A stretch of 58,067 nucleotides of DNA. It comes from Catajapyx aquilonaris (lineage: Eukaryota). The DNA is taken from NCBI GenBank assembly GCA_000934665.2, contig JYFJ02000590.1, positions 62,001 through 120,067 of the forward strand. The letters run 5' to 3'. The notes under the pieces are model-generated. The model was not told where the DNA came from and did no database searches. It worked only from the letters and a program-made list of their open reading frames with translations. The position numbers were made by a program, and so were the translations under genes. Positions 51,201 to 58,067 of the stretch are shown here, one piece after another (position 1 is the stretch's first letter; each line of letters starts with the position of its first letter).

Positions 51201-54200
51201 ACACTTTTTTTGTATTTCAAAGAGCGACCTGTCTATTTCACCAGTTTGCTTACGATGCACGGTATATAGAGAGAAGAATAAAAAAAGGAGGAAAACTGAT
51301 TTGTGTGTTTCAATCTCCTTCTTTGCCTGGAGCAGCAAATTCGTCAACAACACGCAAACTCTACTTCCTCCATTCGCTTACACTATTATCGTAAATCCCG
51401 ATTGAGTCCTGACTTTCCTGCTGCAGTTGAATGCTGCAAATGCTGCCTGGGCCCCTCCTCCTTTCTCTTTCTTTTTTCCCCTCCCCTCCTCCCAGGGTTT
51501 TACGATATTACTTCCTATATGCCTTATTACTTCTCTCCCCGTCTTATCACAGAGTAATGGACGAGCCTCCAACCCGAAAAAGGAATATGTGAACAGCACG
51601 CCAACACGGATATACGACTACCCTGAAAATGCTCCTCAAATCACTTTCATACCTGGTTATGCCAGTGCTGCAGAAAAATGAAGCGAAAAAAAATCTTTTT
51701 CATGCTCTAAACAATGTGACATTTTAGACGCAAATACTGAATCTTTTGTCCTCGGCTTGAATGCAAGCCACTGTACTCTATCTCCTCTTTTTTTGCGTTT
51801 CCTTCTCCTGTTCCATCTCCCCCAAGAGTTTCTACCATGGTTGAGCAAATGGAGCAGAAGTCCAATGGGGAAGCTGGGATGGGGGGGGGTGTAGGAGACA
51901 CTAGCCTTCCTGATGAGATCCCTGCGGACGCTATGACGACGATTAAAATCAATTAACCGTATCCCGCTGAGATTTTGCGACTAGGGAACTCTTATACGAC
52001 CGAATTTCCTAGCCTCCCCCCGGATTCGACGTCTTGTTCTGCCTTTTTGGAGATAATGGCGTTCAATATCCTCCAGTGTCCTTCGTCCCCAGTCGAGAGA
52101 GAGGCATTTTTAGGGATGGTTGAGCGTCAACTGGCTTATATCCTTCAGGCAGTCATCATGCGACAAAATTGAACCTATCTATGCTTCTAAAGACCGTCAA
52201 CCTTCAAACAGAGCTCGTTTTATTTTTGAGATAATTGCCAAACATTGCCAGATTCGTACAGGTTGCATCCCTAACATTTTTGGGTTTCCAAATTTCATTT
52301 TGACTCGGCATAAATCTCGTGCTGGATTGTCATACACGCCGTTCCCGGCATAATATCCAGCCGCGAATAGTGGCCTCGGCAGTGTCTCATCAAGCATGCA
52401 AAAACCCCTCCCCACACATGCACATCGTCTCACATACTCCCGTGCAATCAATTTGTATACATAATTTCAGAGTTCAGCTACCCGTGACACCCCCACCGTA
52501 ATTTTACGCAAAGTTACAACACCCGGCCTCACAGATATTGCCAATTATGCCTCGTCTTGACTGCACACCTTCCCTATAGTAAGTAGAGTAGAAGCTATTA
52601 ATTACTCAACAACCACCGCGCCCTCGTTGTGATATAGACGGGCTGGTTATGAACTTGCCCAGTAAGACAATGCGCCCGATGCAAAAAAAGACGGGCCCGT
52701 TTGGCACAGAGACAACCGAACAAATGACCTCGGTGGCAGCTGTGATGGAACTCCGGGGAATCCGGAGGCCCAAGCATGCAAAACCCAGCAATGCTAAAAG
52801 GTTGCCAAGTCTACTTCATCACTCGGACAGCACTGCATCATCCTGGCGAAAGACTATAAAAAGACATCCGAAGAAGAAACACTTGAAGTTGACAATCTGC
52901 TGCCACGATTTGGATAAAGTTGCGACGAAAGCTTATTATCAGATGTTCAGGATTAATGACTTGCTATCGAAGTGCGATGATTGCTGGGTAATAAGGACCT
53001 TTTCGCTTATAAACAGTCGTGGGGCGGAAGGGAGATTCACACAAGTCGACACAATCCCCGGGTCTTTATCCCCGTCGCTCGTAAAGCACCGCCCGAAACA
53101 AGCGGGGAAGGTTTTACCTAATCAAAGTTCCCTTATCGCTTGCCCCTGATAGCAGCTGCAGTTAGAGGTAAGCTAGGAGGATCCGATCGTAAATTCGGAA
53201 ATAAAATCGACTACCTATAGGGTGAAGGTGGCGTGCGAGCGAATCAAAATGGACTGATTCGGAAGGTGGGGGGTGGTCTAGTGACGATGTTGAATGTTGA
53301 TCGACTTTCCTGGTTACACTGCCAATGTTGTGCACAGGGTGTTGCAGAACAGGTTGACATAATATTCACTCTTCCAGTTTCAAAAGTGGAAAAGTAATAT
53401 TATACAGCACGACATGTCCTTTTATCTAGTTTGACGTGCAGCACTGCTGATTAGAACACTCTTTGCACTTTTTGCAGTTGGATTCGGAACCTGACCAAAA
53501 CCGACACCCACCTAGCACTAGTGCGTAAAACCGCTTGTAAATTATTTATGAGTGACTCCTGGGATCCAACACTTCCCAATTTCCACTCTTGCGGATCTAA
53601 TTTTATTTACAAATACCTGTGTCTCTCTCGAAGGGGGGGGGCATTATCCCGGCCTAGCTATCATTCAAAAAATCTGATTGACCATATGTGACATGTTACA
53701 GAGTCCAGAAGCGTCGAAAAATGACAAGAAATATTACGAAAACGGGCATTCTGGATAATTCATAACTTATTTTGAAAAAACATCCTAACTGTCAGTTTGT
53801 TCTTTGAACTTATTCTTTTTATTTTACTGAGGTATAGTTCAACACGATGCGGTAGCCATTGTCCTGGCCCAATTGCAAGGAACGTCAATTCCGATGGCAG
53901 ACAGCAGATTGGTGCAGAAATTACAAGTGTCGCGCCAGGGACCAGCTTGCTTCAAACTGACTGATGGACGGACTTTGCATTTCTTATCACAACCGGCTGC
54001 CAGCTTCTGGACGACACTGGCTGAATGCAAAATGTTTCCATCCCATTTTCAAACTTGTTGCTGGGGTGAACAATCCCTCTTGAAACGGGGACGTTGGACA
54101 GTGCGCCACCCTGGATGTCTCATATCTCGGTCAAATCACGACATGCTGCTCGGTAGACAAAGAGACAGATCCCGATGGGTACTAGGCCACCTTCTTCTCT

Positions 54201-56694
54201 TTCTTACAACTTTTTTTTTGCACCCCATCCCCTGTCGGAAACGGTCGTTTTCCGGCCTCCTCCTTTCCCCCCACCCATCTTCTTCTTCCCAACCCCCTTC
54301 TTCTTTTCCCCCAGCAGAAGCGGATCGCTTTGTAATCTCTGCCGGCAAAACTCGGGGAGCAATGCATCACAATCAGTCGCCAAGGCGGCACTTTTCGGCC
54401 CAGGGAAAAAGGGGGCGGAAAGGGGAGAGGGAGAGAGAGAGAGAGATCTGGGCTGGAGCTCAGCCAACATGTACTACTTCGGGTTGGGGTGAAGGAGAGG
54501 AGGTGAAGGAGAATTTCTGGCTCTGCCCATGTTTCTGCAACCCGGCGCCTATCACTGGCGCCAGGTCTGTGCCCACATGGACATTGAATGAAGGAGCCAG
54601 GGAAGAATTGACATAATTAGACCCTTTTGGTATGAGCCAATCAGAAAGTTATGTTCTGAATGGACATTGTAATTACAGCAAGGAAACTTTGCTTGATTAA
54701 TCATGATGGCCCCTCGGGGGCACCATGACCACTGCGGGTACAAAATTATATATTCTAATTACGCCGCCATTGGGTGAATTATACATCCAAAACGCAAGGT
54801 TCACCTAAACCTGATTTAATGTTTCCTCCGGTTCTCCCTTTCATTGCTGCCTCAAGATTAATAATAGCTGCTGCCCTCGGGCGCCTTAATAACACGCAGA
54901 GTTTACGTTCCAAATTGCATAATATCAAATCTCACATTGGTCAGGCTTACGGGCCTATTGTGTTACCAATATATTTATAGGTTACTGGTGTCCAGAACAC
55001 TGCATAGTACAAGATGTCAATATATTTAAAAACCATCCTTTAAAGTATAAAATATTGTAATGTGTCAGCATGTGTTCAGCTGGGGTATTTCTCCAAGCAC
55101 TGACAATAAAAACCATCAATTCCCCCACCCCCGAATTTTGTCAATTTCCTAACGAAACACCCTGTATTATATCGCAGAAATGAGGCAATATTTTTGACTA
55201 TAGACCACGCACAGAGTAAACCGAACGACTGTATTGGCATTATGCAAACGCGAATTTGTTTAACCAGCACACAAACCTGACGGAGGGAGACGTAGAAATT
55301 GGACTTTGTGTCGCCCCCCCCCCTCCTTTAGCCAACCCCAAAAAAAGAGAACTGCAAAAAAATACCGTTTTTTCTCTCTCTGACGATGGGAATGGTAAGA
55401 AGAGCCCATAAAATGCCTCAGCTTCACAACTGCCGGCCGGTTTTCTCCGCGCCATCTATACAGTATTGGAAAGCGCTGTTTGCTTTCCATATCAGCAGCC
55501 AGACTGGGTTGATACAACAGGCAGCAGCCCGGCTCGTGTCAAAGAGCCCTGTTTTATTTACAGCAATCGCTCCTACAAACTACTCGAGACGAAGATGGAA
55601 TCTGCTCCTGTCAGGCCTCGGCACTGCGAATTAAATTCCCGACGTCGCATTTTCCGCCAGATAGATACATTTTTGGCTGTCAGGAAAAATGTTTTTTGGC
55701 CGCATCGTCACTTAAAGTCAGATAGGCAAATCTTTTTGAAGGCACACTGTCCTCGTTTTTTCGTTGAAGGCACACTGTCCTGTTTGCTACTCCAACAGGA
55801 CACACACATTTTCTAACAAAATATATATATATATAGTTGAGGGGAACAGCCCCCGTCTAGTCGCTAAAAGGGAACGTCCCCCGACATTTGTCCAGTGTTG
55901 CGCCGCGACGCCTGACAGCATCCTGGGCATTCGCCACGGCTCCGCCTCGTCACGTTTCTCAAAGTCAGGGAAATCCACACATTCACTTCTTGTCTGCCCA
56001 ACTGGGCCTCGTATAACCCGGGGTTTCAGACAGTTGTGCCCGTTCCGCTCATCTTGACCCAACCCACCCTCGAAAAAAAAAACTAGACACTCTGATTAAT
56101 TAATACTTCCCATTAGTTTTACAAACGTGTCGAGCTCGGCTCGCACGCGTCGACCAAAAAAAAAATTGTACTGACAAAGGCGCGTTTGATAATCCAAAAA
56201 TAATTGAATTTGGCGCCGTTCTAAATGAAAGACAAATGCGTCAATATTTCCGTACTAGGTTTTTCTGTTCGGAGACCACCCCCCAATTATCGTGGCGGAA
56301 TGTGACGAGACTCGACGCTGCTTTTTGTGGGGGAAAAATAATGTTCGAATAGCCACCTAAAATGGTATAGGTTGAGTCCACACTGATCCGCATAATCTGT
56401 AGCTTTCACAGACTTACAAATTAGCATATCAAAACTCATTGTAATCGCCTTTATGCCAATGATATTCAGATACAGGACACCTTTGTCCTTTATACGCATG
56501 GTTGACCTTTTTAAGTGCTGACCAGTTGAAATACTCACCCATGTAGTCTCCAACTGCGATCTTCTGCTTGTCTTCTCTTCTCCAGGCGATGGAAGGCTTC
56601 GGATAACCGGTGGCTGCGCATTTCAAACTCACATTAGCGCCCTCTCTCACCACCATGTCCGTACTGGTCGGATAATCCAGAATGTCCGGAGGCA
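33026..56694 (-). CDS. DIP-eta: Gene B (5'-partial, spliced): DIP-family/lachesin-like 3-Ig neuronal adhesion protein, DIP-eta/theta-like; complement join(56539..56694,49472..49600,48886..49023,43413..43562,35735..35800,33714..33833,33026..33231)
   Basis: Seven GT-AG exons join in frame. VPPDILDYPTSTDMVVREG.NV.LKCAATG.P.P.I.WRRE and KNSLGDTDGTIKLY match my recollection of Drosophila DIP-eta/theta. 91/139 aa are identical to gene A over the three shared Ig exons (hand count). Confidence 0.85.
33714..33833 (-). CDS. Gene B basic linker exon (GKKSKAMRNEKRPVHVANEVINASGADLVKEKGGGAITRG)
   Basis: tgttctccttag| acceptor, |gtaagg donor, 120 nt, open, phase 1-1; not in the ORF track. Confidence 0.8.
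35735..35800 (-). CDS. Gene B Thr-rich stalk exon (QMYPSTIPVKTTTTTESNATSK)
   Basis: aattttccag| acceptor, AAG|gttagt donor (in-frame alternative |gtaaag 6 nt earlier), 66 nt, phase 1-1; parallels gene A exon 20786-20872; not in the ORF track. Confidence 0.75.
37239..37365. mobile_element. Short MITE-like element, TA-flanked
   Basis: TA|CACGCCAACTCTAAGAC ... GTCTTTGAGGTTTGGCGTG|TA. Confidence 0.55.
41737..41953. mobile_element. Palindromic MITE, TA-flanked
   Basis: TA|CTGATTTCTGAATTATTTTGACAACATACCAAAATGCAAAATT pairs with the right end over 43 bp with 2 mismatches; a second inner inverted pair (tgttgacaaaac/gttttgtcaaca). Confidence 0.85.
43413..43562 (-). CDS. Gene B exon, second half of Ig3 (GDKYEPVMMDNAYKVTMRLTIRNVGVTDFGTYICVSKNSLGDTDGTIKLY)
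   Basis: tttctttcag| acceptor, |gtaagt donor, 150 nt. Confidence 0.95.
48065..48195 (+). mobile_element. DINE-1/Helentron-associated-like interspersed repeat, copy 2 (shorter microsatellite)
   Basis: Homologous to 73-230 in the same orientation; acagacggacag mini-array. Confidence 0.65.
48886..49023 (-). CDS. Gene B exon, first half of Ig3 (FPPMIWIPNQLVGAFEGQDVALECHSEAFPKSINYWTRDTGEIIVS)
   Basis: tttccttgcag| acceptor, |gtaagc donor, 138 nt. Confidence 0.95.
49472..49600 (-). CDS. Gene B exon, second half of Ig2 (VEAVDGSLFNITKVNRLHMGAYLCIASNGVPPTVSKRILLIIH)
   Basis: tttggtttgcag| acceptor, |gtgcgt donor, 129 nt. Confidence 0.95.
55736..55781. repeat. 18-bp direct repeat, period 28
   Basis: TTGAAGGCACACTGTCCT at 55736 and 55764. 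Confidence 0.85.
56539..56694 (-). CDS. Gene B exon, first half of Ig2 (VPPDILDYPTSTDMVVREGANVSLKCAATGYPKPSIAWRREDKQKIAVGDYM)
   Basis: tgttttccag| acceptor, |gtgagt donor, 156 nt, phase 1-1; C-x-A-x-G-x-P-x-P-x-I-x-W Ig motif. Confidence 0.95.
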
Positions 56695-58067
56695 CTGGAA
56701 AACAGGACGGAACCCCCAAAAAATTTATATAACATGTGGCATGTCATGGAATCCGCGTCCTGCTTCTGCTACGCTACATCATATCGCATTAGAGCCTGCC
56801 CACATGACCACACTCATGTGTGGACTCATTCACACACATCTATACAGCTGATTACTACTGATGCGTCCATGCCCGCAGAAAACAACGAATTTTTTTTTTG
56901 GAACTTGCACAGAAAAAAAAACTTATAAGTTCATCGCTCCGCCAGCAGACACGTTATTAGCAAACATTACAGAGTTAATTTGAATTTCATGGTAATCTGA
57001 GTGGGTGGCAATTAAAGCCCTGCTTCTTCGCTCTTGTTTTCTTTCTTCATTTCCGATGAAGAAGAAAGTTTTCCGAGGGAAGAAAAAAAAGCTCGGCTCG
57101 GCACACACGATCGAAGCAGCAACAAAAGAGGTCGCAGGGAAAGTTTCTGATCAAGAATTTACATCTAGTGCCCAGTTTATGAGCAGAGATGCAAGGCTTT
57201 TTACGACCCTGATCGCTTTGCTTAGGTTTTCTCCTTGACCACGGGTACTCTCCGCCGGACTTTCTCAAACTTTTTTTTTCTTCCTACATCCCAAGCCTTC
57301 ATTCCCCACTATATACTGCTGCTTATTTTGCACCAAACGGCTAAACTTTGCCGTAATTCGATGCGTTTATGTTTATAATCCCCTACAAAGGTCTCCAAAG
57401 ATTATATTTTATGTTTATGTTGCAGTACTAAACTGGGCAGGATATAAACAAGAAATTGCTTCGGTTATACCGTTCCTGAACTTGCAAAAATTTAGCGTAA
57501 AAATTAAGCCCAGGCATTATTTCGCAGGGAAACTCGGGGAGGGTCTGGCAAGTCAGTAATTTACACCCCAGAAACCTCAGCCTCCTGTTACACCTTGCTG
57601 CACAAGTACGAAGCAAGCAAACAGTTTGAATTAGTAAATACAATCTAATTATTTGGCGCTCTCACTTGAAGTTTCCCCAACACTAATAACGCACCTAAAT
57701 CCCCCTAATTTATTTACACCGCACTGAAACACCGAATATTACATTGTCGATTTGAAAATCGTGTGACACACTGACATTTCTATCTACTTGTATATTGACT
57801 TTTTCAATGAATAATGTCAATTCTCATACAAGAGATCTTCCAGCTGTTACAAATGTACACATAACTGAGAAAGGTTTTTGTGTCAAGTACAGGTATTCAC
57901 AGCAGATAATTCGATATTTTTGTTAATGTGAAACAACAGGCTGTTATGTTCAAGAACGCCCTTTAAAAGAACAACCTGCTGAAACCAAGGCCCCCCCCCC
58001 TCTCTCTCTCCACCTCCAGACCTCTCCCACCCTACAACCGAGTCTGCGGCGGGCACATCCTTCCCAG

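Noticed and set aside
53336..53450. Small AT-rich hairpin with weak outer arms
   Set aside because: Outer arms too degenerate to define an element
53873..54616. Longest ORF in the track (247 aa)
   Set aside because: Non-ATG start, low-complexity purine/pyrimidine tracts, antisense in an intron, no recognisable domain; the same applies to other 100-180 aa ORFs such as 8380-8904, 37967-38506 and 47136-47660
11656..56694. Dscam-like mutually exclusive exon arrays
   Set aside because: Each Ig exon appears only once per strand; the apparent duplicates belong to two separate genes
1..58067. Prokaryotic features, CRISPR arrays, tRNA/rRNA, and functional calls for (GA)n, (GAA)n, (AAAC)n and poly-G tracts
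   Set aside because: The sequence is intron-rich eukaryotic DNA with no repeat-spacer pattern or RNA-gene signature seen; the simple repeats are short and ubiquitous

Overview
Eukaryotic (arthropod-like) genomic DNA, almost all intronic. It holds the 3' parts of two paralogous, convergently transcribed (tail-to-tail) neuronal cell-surface Ig genes of the Dpr-interacting protein (DIP)/lachesin-like family. Gene A (+ strand; 6 coding exons, 11656-28294) resembles Drosophila DIP-kappa as I recall it. Gene B (- strand; 7 coding exons, 56694 down to 33026) resembles DIP-eta/theta. Both run off the window at their 5' ends, so the signal peptide and Ig1 are not visible. All internal exons are phase 1-1 with GT-AG boundaries. 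The three shared Ig exons are the same length in both genes (129/138/150 nt). Each is followed by a Thr-rich stalk exon, a basic exon and a terminal hydrophobic (GPI-signal-like) exon; most of these are absent from, or only partly covered by, the ORF track. The introns carry several palindromic MITE-like elements and two copies of a DINE-1/Helentron-like repeat. The 4.7 kb between the stop codons contains opposing poly(A) signals and a chain of + strand splice signals antisense to gene B. No prokaryotic features, RNA genes or CRISPR arrays were found. Most ORF-track ORFs are spurious. I found no wholly new biological system that the sequence supports; the candidate antisense transcript is the most novel, but speculative, signal.
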